Of a DNA stretch of 32,000 nucleotides, positions 1-8,446 are shown piece by piece. Under the pieces are notes generated by a model that saw only the letters and a list, made by a program, of their open reading frames with translations, had not been told where the DNA came from and searched no databases. This DNA is from Aliivibrio fischeri (lineage in GTDB: Bacteria > Pseudomonadota > Gammaproteobacteria > Enterobacterales > Vibrionaceae): assembly GCF_009727955.1 (NCBI RefSeq), contig NZ_WOBR01000003.1, positions 86,069 through 118,068 of the forward strand. The letters run 5' to 3'. The stretch's first letter is position 1, and each line of letters begins with the position of its first letter. Both the position numbers and the translations under genes were made by a program.

Positions 1-15
1 TCCAAAGAGATCAAA

Positions 16-618
16 ATGATCCAAAGAGGACTGCTTCAATTCTTTATTCAATGCGTCGTTGTTGCCATTGCTTATCTTGTTATTCGTACTGACATTATCA
101 CATTAAAAGATGGGGTAAGTGAGCAATCACTGACTGAATATTACCAACAATTTTTACTTTTAATTGTTATCTTATCATTCAGTTACATAGCAAAAATAAA
201 TCCTAAAGCTCGTTCATTTGCTATCTTAGTCGTCGGTTTTTTCAGTTGCATGTTCATTAGAGAATGTGATGGTGTACTTGATAAAGTTTATCATGGCTTT
301 TGGCTTGTACCTGCACTTGTCGTCACCTTTGTGTGTATCTTCTTTGCTCTAAAAGATAAACAAGGCCTACTCTCTACATCAGCAAAATTCTTTGATAGCC
401 GTTATTTTTACACTATGAGTTGTGCATTGGTTGTAGTTCTCGTTTTTTCTCGCTTAGTTGGTATGAACCACTTATGGCAAACCCTGCTACAAGGGCAGTA
501 CATTCGAACAGTTAAAAATCTTGCTGAAGAAGGGACGGAATTACTCGGATATTCTTTATTAGCATACAGCGCATTAGGTTTTGGGTATCAAGTACGAAAA
601 ATACAAGTATCAGAATAA
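16..618 (+). CDS. Hypothetical multi-pass inner-membrane protein (200 aa)
   Basis: ATG-initiated 200-codon ORF. The translation shows about six hydrophobic helices (e.g. FFIQCVVVAIAYLVI, FLLLIVILSFSYIA, FAILVVGFFSCMFI, WLVPALVVTFVCIFFAL, MSCALVVVLVFSRLV). A strong hairpin follows at 624-660. No family recognised. Confidence 0.6.
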   Translation: MIQRGLLQFFIQCVVVAIAYLVIRTDIITLKDGVSEQSLTEYYQQFLLLIVILSFSYIAKINPKARSFAILVVGFFSCMFIRECDGVLDKVYHGFWLVPALVVTFVCIFFALKDKQGLLSTSAKFFDSRYFYTMSCALVVVLVFSRLVGMNHLWQTLLQGQYIRTVKNLAEEGTELLGYSLLAYSALGFGYQVRKIQVSE

Positions 619-623
619 CAAAA

Positions 624-660
624 AAAAGCTAATTGATAGGGGGAGGTTCAATTAGCTTTT
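624..660. terminator. Rho-independent-type hairpin shared by convergent transcripts
   Basis: Perfect 13-bp stem, AAAAGCTAATTGA (624-636) pairing with TCAATTAGCTTTT (648-660), and an 11-nt loop. A-run on one side and T-run on the other, so it could terminate both strands. Confidence 0.6.
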
Positions 661-669
661 ACTTAAAAT

Positions 670-819
670 TTATTCACTCAAGGCTTCTGTTTTTTTAATA
701 AAATAACTCAACATACGTATGATATCAGCCTTGCTAATATCTTTGGCTACCAATGCTAATTCAAGGTCTTTTTTCATCACTTTCACTAGCACTTGCTTTT
801 CTAAGTCATATTTATTCAT
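670..819 (-). CDS. Candidate small ORF, 49 aa, below the ORF-track threshold (MNKYDLEKQVLVKVMKKDLELALVAKDISKADIIRMLSYFIKKTEALSE)
   Basis: ATG at 819-817 and TAA at 672-670. GAGG lies about 9 nt upstream on the minus strand (ttttGAGGcagtaattgATG). The ORF ends just before the bidirectional hairpin at 624-660. The product looks helical and charged. No homology recognised, so this is a weak call. Confidence 0.3.
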   Translation of the reverse strand: MNKYDLEKQVLVKVMKKDLELALVAKDISKADIIRMLSYFIKKTEALSE

Positions 820-1122
820 CAATTACTGCCTCAAAATTGGTTTAGAACGATTATAAATACCTACTAGAACTGGGGGGATAGCATCTGAAATTTAGTTCAT
901 ATCCTATATGCCTAATTCCCTTCAATTTATAGAACAAACACTTAGTTTGATTATCTCTATCATTTTTTATGAATAACTAACCACTTTTAAAATAAACGCC
1001 AAGCGAATGACATAAAAACGACATAAATTTGAAATACTATATACATTACTAATTGATCTTGAGAATACGCTGGAAATTATTCATCAAGGTGCAATATTAA
1101 TTAAAGTTGTAGTAGAAAAGTC

Positions 1123-1521
1123 ATGAATAGAATAAAAGTCGAAAACGTTATGTCCAATACTTACGTTGTGGTTGATGGATTAATGACAGTCGCCGAAGGG
1201 ATCGTATTAGCTAAACAGAAACAAGTCAAAGAACTCATTATCAAAAAACGACATGATAATGATGAATACGGAATCGTATTATTAAGTGATATTGCCAAAA
1301 AAGTGCTCATGCAAAACCGTTCAACAGAGAGAACCAATATTTATGAAATCATGACAAAACCCGTACTTTCTGTCTCACCCGATATGAACATAAAATATTG
1401 TGCTCAGCTATTTGAGCGTTTTGGAATCAGTCGTGCTCCAGTGCTCAGACACGGAGAAATAGTGGGAGTGGTAAGTTACAACAATATTGTACTAAATGGG
1501 ATGACAGGGTTTGGATATTAA
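1123..1521 (+). CDS. CBS-domain pair protein (132 aa)
   Basis: Two CBS-like units are visible: VENVMSNTYVVVDGLMTVAEGIVLAKQKQVKELII... and IYEIMTKPVLSVSPDMNIKYCAQLFERFGISRAPVLRHGEIVGVVSYNNIV. No other domain is present. Confidence 0.75.
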   Translation: MNRIKVENVMSNTYVVVDGLMTVAEGIVLAKQKQVKELIIKKRHDNDEYGIVLLSDIAKKVLMQNRSTERTNIYEIMTKPVLSVSPDMNIKYCAQLFERFGISRAPVLRHGEIVGVVSYNNIVLNGMTGFGY

Positions 1522-1524
1522 ATA

Positions 1525-1556
1525 AGTGACTTAAAGAACTAAGCCTTTAAGTCACT
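1525..1556. terminator. Bidirectional hairpin between convergent genes
   Basis: Perfect 12-bp stem, AGTGACTTAAAG (1525-1536) pairing with CTTTAAGTCACT (1545-1556), and an 8-nt loop. It sits between the CBS gene stop (1521) and the stop of the minus-strand gene (1574). Confidence 0.55.
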
Positions 1557-1573
1557 CTTATTAAAGTAATATA

Positions 1574-2710
1574 CTATTGAGTTTTTTGAATAATTAACGG
1601 TGCAAAATCTGCAGTTGCGTTGTTTCCAGCGCCTGAGTGTTCCGTGTATTCTGTATCTTTCATAATGGTATAAAATACATCAACAAAATCGTCATCGTTA
1701 ACGAATAAATCATCAGGAAGTAACGCGATAATTGCACTCGTCATTTGAGGAATAATCAAATACGCTTGCGCTTCCTTATCAGGAATTGTAGCTAAAAAAT
1801 CACTAGCAGCTTTTAAGATCGTTTGTGCTAACTGCTTATAATCTGTTTTATCATCTTGTTCCATTAGAATAATATCAGCGGCACCCCAACGGTAGCGATC
1901 CCAAAAAACCATGATCTGATTAGCTGGATATGATTGCTCAGCATAATCCAAGTAAGGCATTTCAATCACATCAATCGTTGGTTCGTCTCTTGAAGGACTG
2001 ACGCCAGATACAATTGCGTATATTTCAGCCTTACCAGAGATCCAAGGTTCATGATCATCTTTTAACTGAATTTTCTTTAAGATGGTGGTATTAATTTCAG
2101 TTGGTTCCGCAGCAGCTCTTAACATCGCATAAGGGGCCGGCTTCGCTTTTTCACTTGGTTCACTAGATTGCAGCGCTTTAAACTCATCACGCATTAATGC
2201 TAAACCAGCTTTCAGCTCTTCACGGTTATTAGTATCAACCACTAATACAGGTTGCTCAGGAACATCGTAAACATCTAAATAATGAAGATTACCATCGATA
2301 TCATAAGCTTCGATGTATTGCCATTCGCTCTCTGCCCCTTCTGGCTCAAAGGCAAATAATGGACTTTGACCGGCTTGCCAACGAGCTAACATACTTGGAT
2401 CAGCTAAGCGCAATTCAAGCAATTCATCAGTATATTTTTCTAAACCACGAGCTTGGATCTCAGTTTTATTGGCTGTTGTCATTGCAGCCATAAAAGTGCG
2501 AACTTGTGGTTGAGGTTTAGTTTGAGTTGATAAATCAGATAATGATGCACTCATTTGATACTGATTAATGGTACTTTTTAAATTGTTTTCTAATTGTGGA
2601 AAAGCACGGCTTAACTCTTGTGCCAAAGCACGCTTAGACACATCATCTTGTGCTGCAGCCATAGCAGGAGTCATCAAGCAAAATACGAGTAGCGCTGTTA
2701 ATTTGTTCAT
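1574..2710 (-). CDS. Secreted protein of unknown function (378 aa from the ATG at 2710)
   Basis: The ORF track starts at 2779, but the internal ATG at 2710 gives a classical signal peptide (MNKLTALLVFCLMTPAMAAAQ). The mature protein is acidic and has no TM segments. I have a vague recollection of a DUF family found in vibrios and shewanellae, which I cannot verify. Confidence 0.7.
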   Translation of the reverse strand: MNKLTALLVFCLMTPAMAAAQDDVSKRALAQELSRAFPQLENNLKSTINQYQMSASLSDLSTQTKPQPQVRTFMAAMTTANKTEIQARGLEKYTDELLELRLADPSMLARWQAGQSPLFAFEPEGAESEWQYIEAYDIDGNLHYLDVYDVPEQPVLVVDTNNREELKAGLALMRDEFKALQSSEPSEKAKPAPYAMLRAAAEPTEINTTILKKIQLKDDHEPWISGKAEIYAIVSGVSPSRDEPTIDVIEMPYLDYAEQSYPANQIMVFWDRYRWGAADIILMEQDDKTDYKQLAQTILKAASDFLATIPDKEAQAYLIIPQMTSAIIALLPDDLFVNDDDFVDVFYTIMKDTEYTEHSGAGNNATADFAPLIIQKTQ

Positions 2711-2959
2711 ACAGCATTCCTTATTTATAGTTATTGTATTGATTTTGAATCCATTCAAATTTGTCCTTATCCCAACCATACCAAAAATGAGACAAAATTA
2801 AAGTCAATACTCTAATTTATCTTTCGAATATCAAAAATCAAAAGTGAGACAGTTTTTCGGTGGAATGAGCTGTTATTGACTACGATTGATATTAACTTGG
2901 CAATTTGTATAAAAGTAGACCAGACTACTTTGTAGATGCAGATAAAATGAGGCGATAAA

Positions 2960-3439
2960 ATGACATTAACTTCGTGGCTAGCTTCCATTTCAAACTGGTA
3001 TCAGACAAAACACGATAAGTCGCTTGATTCACTTGAGCAATTGGTTTATTCGGCACCAACATCTATTTGGGGGCCAGAATTAACCGATGACCGAAGTAAA
3101 GCGATTGCTTGTTGGCTAGATGGATGCCTACGAGTTTTTGAGCACGCTAAGTATCATAATACTGCAAAAGCATTTCAAACATTACAATACATCAGCTCAA
3201 AATTAGAAATGGTCGCTTTTAGCTCTGCAGCAGATATCGAGATCAAAGATTGGTGCATTAAACGACTACAGCACATTACTGTATTAAGTTTAGAGTTCTG
3301 TAACCAGCAACATGATCAACCCACATGGAATATCGAAGCTAACACATTAATTGAAAATCACGTTAAATTAATGGCAAGTGTGGCTTGGAATGAAACACAG
3401 ACTCCTTCAAATATTCACAATTCAAATTCACTGCATTAA
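2960..3439 (+). CDS. Hypothetical cytoplasmic protein (159 aa)
   Basis: ATG with GAGG about 10 nt upstream. No signal peptide or TM segment. The terminator hairpin at 3464-3493 follows. No family recognised. Confidence 0.55.
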   Translation: MTLTSWLASISNWYQTKHDKSLDSLEQLVYSAPTSIWGPELTDDRSKAIACWLDGCLRVFEHAKYHNTAKAFQTLQYISSKLEMVAFSSAADIEIKDWCIKRLQHITVLSLEFCNQQHDQPTWNIEANTLIENHVKLMASVAWNETQTPSNIHNSNSLH

Positions 3440-3463
3440 ACAATATTCATTAATGGTTATAAT

Positions 3464-3493
3464 AAAAAAGCAGCGTTGAACGCTGCTTTTTTT
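3464..3493. terminator. Bidirectional rho-independent terminator
   Basis: AAAAAA-GCAGCG-ttgaa-CGCTGC-TTTTTTT. It lies between the convergent 159-aa gene and the TPR gene that ends the TonB2 operon. Confidence 0.65.
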
Positions 3494-3503
3494 ATTAAGT
3501 GGA

Positions 3504-4685
3504 TTAACCTTTAATCTGCCTCATTTGAGACAAATATTGTATCCACCCTTTTGCTTCATTAGATGGTTTAAACTCATTAGCTCTTTTGGCATTAACAAGC
3601 GCTAATTCCAGTTGATTTAACTTATAGTAAGCGCGAGTTTTAGCTAACGCCACATCATCAGTTTTATTGTAATCCTTTACTTTATCTAAACTTTTTAGCC
3701 CTTGTTGATAATACCCTTCTTGAATCTGAAGCTGAGCAACTTGCCAATAATATTGGCCATCAAATTGTGCTGCTTTTTGCCAAACCGCAATCGCTTTATC
3801 CCACTCTTTTGCGGCCTGCCAGTAAGTTGCTTGTGTAATTATTATGTCTTTATCCGTTTCATAATCCGCTAATTGCGCCATCACTTGCGCCGCTTTTTCA
3901 GGAATGCCACGCTGTGCATATAACTGCGCTAATATTTTCAATTCAGATTGACTTAACACAATGCCTTGACGCTGTGCTAACACCAAGGTATCCAACGCAT
4001 TGCTTGGTTGATTCAATTGCAGTTGAATACTTGATAATTGCTGCCACCACCCTGCTTGCTCAGGTTCTAATTCAATCAGAGCAGTTAATGTTGGTATCGC
4101 TGATTTCCAATACTTACGTTGTAATTGTGCACCAAGCTTTAAAACTAATACTTGTCGTTTATCTTGTTTTTTATCAATTTTCACTACTTTTTGGTGCATA
4201 TTTAATGCAGATAGCACCTTATCCCATTGTGATATTTGATAATGTGTTTGAGCAATTCGAAACCATAAATCCCCTATTTTTTGATTTTCGGGTACGGTTT
4301 TGGTTAATTGGTAATAATGAGGTAATGCCTCTTTAAATCGTTGCTCAGTTAATAGCAGATCTGCCAGCATTCGCTGTGTTACCCACGCTTGTTCATCAAC
4401 TAATTGTTGGCTGCTGACAGCGGTTGAAAGGTATTTTACCGCCGCTTTACTGTTCCCATTTTGCCAATGAAAAACACCTAACATTCGCTGTACATAGGCT
4501 TTATCATAAGCCTGTGATGGCGTTAGTTTAGAAAGAATATCAATAGCATCCACTATTTTATCTTGTTGCTGCAATTGAATTGCGCGCTGTACTTTTGCCG
4601 CATTATATTGAGTTAGTTGTTGCGCTTGAGCAACCCCACTGAACATCAAAATAACACCAAAAAGAGGGGCGATAAATTTCATCAT
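3504..4685 (-). CDS. ttpD: Periplasmic TPR-repeat protein, last gene of the TonB2 operon (TtpD-like)
   Basis: Signal peptide MMKFIAPLFGVILMFSGVAQAQ. TPR-like repeats run throughout (e.g. AWVTQRMLADLLLTEQRFKEALPHYYQL, YWQVAQLQIQEGYYQQGLKSLDKV). Its start overlaps the tonB stop by 4 nt. Both position and architecture match the TPR gene of Vibrio TonB2 clusters. Confidence 0.7.
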   Translation of the reverse strand: MMKFIAPLFGVILMFSGVAQAQQLTQYNAAKVQRAIQLQQQDKIVDAIDILSKLTPSQAYDKAYVQRMLGVFHWQNGNSKAAVKYLSTAVSSQQLVDEQAWVTQRMLADLLLTEQRFKEALPHYYQLTKTVPENQKIGDLWFRIAQTHYQISQWDKVLSALNMHQKVVKIDKKQDKRQVLVLKLGAQLQRKYWKSAIPTLTALIELEPEQAGWWQQLSSIQLQLNQPSNALDTLVLAQRQGIVLSQSELKILAQLYAQRGIPEKAAQVMAQLADYETDKDIIITQATYWQAAKEWDKAIAVWQKAAQFDGQYYWQVAQLQIQEGYYQQGLKSLDKVKDYNKTDDVALAKTRAYYKLNQLELALVNAKRANEFKPSNEAKGWIQYLSQMRQIKG

Positions 4686-5302
4686 TTTGCTAACGTAAAC
4701 TCCAATTTCACGGTTTGTCCGATTTGAGCAATGGTTTTACCATCAATCACTTTTGGCTGATATTTCCATTTTTTCAATGCCTTAACCGCTTCTCTTTCAA
4801 ACATTCTACGAGGTTTTGCGTCCGTTACTTTTACATCTATAGGGCGTCCTTGTTCATCAATCGTAAACGACATCACAACAAAGCCCTCAGCCCCTCTTTT
4901 CATCGCTTTAGAAGGGTAACGAGGTTCAACACGATACAATGGCATCGCTTGCTGATTACCCGTAAAGTCCGAAAAATTTGGCGCACTAATGGCTAAGCCA
5001 GAAATACTTGAATCTAACTCAATCAGTGGCATTGAACTTTGGGGTGTAACCATTGACGTTTGAGTTTGAGCGGCCATTGGGGTCGCTTGTGGCGGAGGTT
5101 CCGGCGTATCTGGCTTTTCTGGCACACGGCGTTGGCGACGCTGTACATCTTGTTCTTGCTCAGCCATCACCATATCAAAACGAACCGTTTCACTGCTTTC
5201 TGGCTTATCTTGAATGCCGTTATCTACCATCCAAGCCATGAATGTGAATATGCCAAACGTCATGGATATTGCGATTGGCATAGCTAAAAATAAACGCCAC
5301 AT
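4682..5302 (-). CDS. tonB: TonB energy transducer (TonB2-type, 206 aa)
   Basis: N-terminal membrane anchor (LFLAMPIAISMTFGIFTFMAWMV), a Pro-rich spacer (PEKPDTPEPPPQATP), and a C-terminal TonB domain (YPSKAMKRGAEGFVVMSFTIDEQGRPIDVKV...AVKALKKWKYQP). It is translationally coupled to exbD and ttpD. Confidence 0.85.
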   Translation of the reverse strand: MWRLFLAMPIAISMTFGIFTFMAWMVDNGIQDKPESSETVRFDMVMAEQEQDVQRRQRRVPEKPDTPEPPPQATPMAAQTQTSMVTPQSSMPLIELDSSISGLAISAPNFSDFTGNQQAMPLYRVEPRYPSKAMKRGAEGFVVMSFTIDEQGRPIDVKVTDAKPRRMFEREAVKALKKWKYQPKVIDGKTIAQIGQTVKLEFTLAK

Positions 5303-5706
5303 TAGCCTTTCTCCGCAGCTAAAGCGATACCTTTAACACCAGCACCTTTCGCTGCATCCATCACTTTAATAACCGTACCGTTATACGCATGTTCATCCGC
5401 TTGAATAACTAATGATGCTTCTGGCTGTTCAAGTAATAAATGCTCTAAAGTTGCTTGCACTCGCTCTGCATCTACCATGCGTTTATCAATAAAAATATCA
5501 TTTGATGCAGTGATAGCCACAAATATACCCGCGTCTTTTTGGCTTGATACATTACTGGCTTGAGGACGATTAACCTCTACGCCAGATTCGCGCACAAATG
5601 AACTCGTTACAATAAAAAAGATCAACATGATAAATACGATATCTAGCATGGATGTTAGATCAATTTGTGCTTCTTCTTGATGTGAAGAACGACGGCCAAG
5701 TCTCAT
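5302..5706 (-). CDS. exbD: ExbD/TolR-family biopolymer transport protein (134 aa)
   Basis: The N-terminus carries the conserved Asp in its TM helix (IDLTSMLDIVFIMLIFFIV), followed by an ExbD-type periplasmic domain. An ATGA overlap joins it to exbB. Confidence 0.9.
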   Translation of the reverse strand: MRLGRRSSHQEEAQIDLTSMLDIVFIMLIFFIVTSSFVRESGVEVNRPQASNVSSQKDAGIFVAITASNDIFIDKRMVDAERVQATLEHLLLEQPEASLVIQADEHAYNGTVIKVMDAAKGAGVKGIALAAEKG

Positions 5707-6212
5707 GACTGACTCCTTAATGCTTTTTCTAATTGGTGTTCTTTACGACGACAAATTTTAGCGAGACGAGCATGAACAAACATCCCCGCCAAGGCTGCAA
5801 CCATTCCAGCCATAGTCGGTAATGTTGCTAATGAAATCCCTGATGCCATTAATTTAGGTTGGCTGCTTCCTTGATTTGCCATTACATCAAATACCGATAT
5901 CATTCCAGTAACCGTACCTAACAAACCTAACATAGGGCATATTGCCACTAACACCTTGATGAAATTCAAATATTGATTTAGTTGTAGATGAGCTTCACTG
6001 ATCCACCCATCTCTAATGGTTTTGGCATACCAAGACTCATGATCACTGCGTTGCTGCCATTGCTCAACCCATCGTTTTCGCTGTATTGGAAAACTAAACG
6101 ATATGAAAAATATTCGCTCGATAACCAACAACCAACACAAGGCAACTACAGCAGCCAACCACCATAAAATGGGGCCGCCTTGAGCCATAAAATGTGAAAG
6201 AAAAGCCGTCAT
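5703..6212 (-). CDS. exbB: ExbB/TolQ/MotA-family proton channel (169 aa, short ExbB2 type)
   Basis: Three TM segments and the family signature CPMLGLLGTVTGMISVF...GISLATLPTMAGMVAAL. Its start overlaps the ttpC stop by 1 nt (TAATG). Confidence 0.85.
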   Translation of the reverse strand: MTAFLSHFMAQGGPILWWLAAVVALCWLLVIERIFFISFSFPIQRKRWVEQWQQRSDHESWYAKTIRDGWISEAHLQLNQYLNFIKVLVAICPMLGLLGTVTGMISVFDVMANQGSSQPKLMASGISLATLPTMAGMVAALAGMFVHARLAKICRRKEHQLEKALRSQS

Positions 6213-7567
6213 TACGCTGCCATATCCATTGCGTTAGGTTGCACTACTTTTTCAGCTTGTTCAGCAACTAACCCTAGCCCTTGTTTTTCAAGAATAGTAC
6301 GAATACTTTCTGCTTGTGAGCTTAAAATATTATGCGTAAGTAATAGTGGCATTGCCGCAACTAAACCTAAAACCGTAGTAACAAGTGCCATCGAAATACC
6401 CCCCGCCATCACTTTTGGATCACCATTACCAAACTGCGTAATCACTTGGAATGTTTCGATCATGCCGGTAACCGTACCTAAAAGCCCTAACATTGGAGCC
6501 AAAGCAGCTAATAGTTTAAGCATAGACAACCCTTTTTCTAGCCCTTGCTGTTCATCAACAATGGTTTCTAATAAACGCAGTTCTAATGCTTCAACTGAAC
6601 GTTGTTTTTCTGCATCGTAAACGGCAAGTACACGGCCTAGTGGGTTTTGACCAAGCTCTTGTGGTTGCTTTAATTGCTTTCTAATTTGTTGGCGAATAAC
6701 AAACAATCTCACGCCATTAAATAATGAAATAATCAATCCAATCAGTAATAAACCAATAATGATTTTACCAACCACACCACCCGCTTGAAGACGCTCTTTC
6801 ATTGTTGGCGTATTAGCTAATTGCTCTAGCATGATGCCACGTGAAGGATCACTTGCCATCATGATGACGTGTTTGTTTGACATCTCAGATAAGATAGTTG
6901 TTGTAGGAATCAGTTTTGGCTGTTGAGCATAGTAAGTCGCTACTTGCTTTTTATTGTCCCATTGCAAAAAACCATCATCACCAACCAATGCCATATTACC
7001 TAAGCGATAAGCATTGATCGATTGGCGATGACCAGAGCCATTAATCATGGTTACCGTCGTTAATTCTAATTCAGAACTTGCATTAATTTGCTGAGCCATG
7101 GTTTGCCATAACCCCGTTAATTGCGTCATAGAAGGCAAAGACTCAGCTGCAACGATATCCGAAATTAACTGACGATGTTCTACATTCGTCGCTCCTGAAA
7201 CCGAGCTTTTTAACTCCGAATCCAAATCTTTTGCTGTCTGTCTTACCACACCAAACAATTCACCTAAGCTGCCTGTTTCTAAATGCAACTGCTGCTCCAA
7301 TGTTGCTAGTGTTTTTTCATTTTTGCTGAAAGTAGCACTTAATTGATCGCTTTCTTTTTGCAGCTTTTTACGCTCTGCAATCAATGCGTTTCTTTGGGCT
7401 TTTAAGCTTTGTTCTGTTTGTTTAAAACCAGACTCTCGTTGTGCATCCTGCTGTTTTTGTACATGACTTGCTTGTTTTGTCTCTTTCAACAACTCTGTGT
7501 TTGCAGTCGCTGTATTCATCGAAAGACCAAGCAGTGAAATAGCTAAAATCAGTGGCTTAATTGTCAT
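6212..7567 (-). CDS. ttpC: TtpC-like protein: ExbB/TolQ-type channel domain with a long N-terminal periplasmic coiled-coil extension (451 aa)
   Basis: Signal peptide, then a Gln/Lys-rich coiled coil (QKQQDAQRESGFKQTEQSLKAQRNALIAERKKLQKESDQL). The C-terminus has an ExbB-like core (APMLGLLGTVTGMIETF...GGISMALVTTVLGLVAAMPLL). This architecture and position are typical of Vibrio TonB2 systems. Confidence 0.8.
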   Translation of the reverse strand: MTIKPLILAISLLGLSMNTATANTELLKETKQASHVQKQQDAQRESGFKQTEQSLKAQRNALIAERKKLQKESDQLSATFSKNEKTLATLEQQLHLETGSLGELFGVVRQTAKDLDSELKSSVSGATNVEHRQLISDIVAAESLPSMTQLTGLWQTMAQQINASSELELTTVTMINGSGHRQSINAYRLGNMALVGDDGFLQWDNKKQVATYYAQQPKLIPTTTILSEMSNKHVIMMASDPSRGIMLEQLANTPTMKERLQAGGVVGKIIIGLLLIGLIISLFNGVRLFVIRQQIRKQLKQPQELGQNPLGRVLAVYDAEKQRSVEALELRLLETIVDEQQGLEKGLSMLKLLAALAPMLGLLGTVTGMIETFQVITQFGNGDPKVMAGGISMALVTTVLGLVAAMPLLLTHNILSSQAESIRTILEKQGLGLVAEQAEKVVQPNAMDMAA

Positions 7568-7568
7568 G

Positions 7569-8336
7569 TTATTTCACCTCTTTTAGTGATAAAGATACAG
7601 GTAGAGTCAATAAGCTTGGGGCAACTTGTTTATAAGCGACTGAATAGGCTTTCGCTAAATCATCATTAAACTCAGAATCCAGAGCCTCCCATTGATTGGT
7701 GTACGTATTCCAACTCCAATATTGAGAAGCATCAAGACGACGAGCGAGTAAAGATACGCGTCCTAAATGCAGCATATCTGCATCTATTTGTTCATTATTT
7801 TCAACAATGATCTGTGTTTGGTATGTACCTAGCTTTGTGCCGTAATCCATTTCGATCTGGTAGGCTTCGAGGAGTCGACGATATTTTTCAGCATCACTTA
7901 CGTCCGCTCTAGTCATCATATGTTCAAGCTTGGCAATGCGATGTAAACGCTCTTCCGTTTTAATTGGCTGATCTTGTTCAACTACTGTCGATAAACCAGA
8001 TAACATCTTATACATTAAAGGAACAACACCTTGTCTGGTCTCTTTAATGGTCTCAATTTGGTCATTTAAACTTACCATCTCTTGCTGCTGACTATTCACT
8101 AAACCTGTTAAATGATCACGATATACTGCCAAGTTTTTTACTTCTTCTTGGAGCTGCTCAATTTCGGCTTTATAAGCTAACGTCGCTTCTGCACTTTTAT
8201 CGATTTTCTTCTGACTTATCGCTGAAGAAGTATTTGATTTATTTTCAATTACTCGTGCTTGATCAAGCGCAGTTGCCTGAGCGGTTGTGATCACGGTTGC
8301 TAATGCAATACCGATACTGATTTTTAGAATATTCAT
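7569..8336 (-). CDS. ttpB: TtpB-like periplasmic coiled-coil protein (DUF3450-type), first gene of the TonB2 operon
   Basis: The track uses a TTG at 8345. The ATG at 8336 gives the signal peptide MNILKISIGIALATVITTAQA, followed by a coiled coil (EIEQLQEEVKNLAVYRDHLTGLVNSQQQEM). The stop is 1 nt from the ttpC start. Confidence 0.7.
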   Translation of the reverse strand: MNILKISIGIALATVITTAQATALDQARVIENKSNTSSAISQKKIDKSAEATLAYKAEIEQLQEEVKNLAVYRDHLTGLVNSQQQEMVSLNDQIETIKETRQGVVPLMYKMLSGLSTVVEQDQPIKTEERLHRIAKLEHMMTRADVSDAEKYRRLLEAYQIEMDYGTKLGTYQTQIIVENNEQIDADMLHLGRVSLLARRLDASQYWSWNTYTNQWEALDSEFNDDLAKAYSVAYKQVAPSLLTLPVSLSLKEVK

Positions 8337-8407
8337 ATTTATCAATTTCTTAACTGTTTATTTTTAAGAACGAGCTCTTAAAAATTTGTATTCAAATAAA
8401 CGCACTA

Positions 8408-8429
8408 AAGGGAGACCGAAGCCTCCCTT
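8408..8429 (-). terminator. Hairpin terminator after the TonB-dependent receptor gene
   Basis: AAGGGAG (8408-8414) pairs with CTCCCTT (8423-8429) around an 8-nt loop, with T-rich sequence on both sides. It lies 18 nt downstream of the receptor stop (8447). Confidence 0.55.
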
Positions 8430-8446
8430 ATTTTTATTACAATAAA

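Noticed and set aside
2568-2801. 77-aa plus-strand ORF overlapping the 5' end of the secreted-protein gene
   Set aside because: It lies entirely antisense to, or overlapping, a much longer ORF that has a convincing signal peptide. The sequence is low-complexity and there is no Shine-Dalgarno element. This is a typical shadow ORF.
3914-4336. 140-aa plus-strand ORF inside the TPR (ttpD-like) gene
   Set aside because: It is antisense to a well-supported, translationally coupled operon gene, and the translation has no recognisable features.
4715-5287. Three plus-strand ORFs (4715-4996, 5053-5241, 5060-5287) antisense to tonB
   Set aside because: These are shadow ORFs opposite a gene with clear TonB architecture. 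They overlap each other in different frames.
8330-8350. Fur-like sequence TTGATAAATATGAATATTCT overlapping the ttpB start
   Set aside because: It matches only about 12/19 of the consensus in generally AT-rich DNA, and it overlaps the coding start. This is too weak to call.
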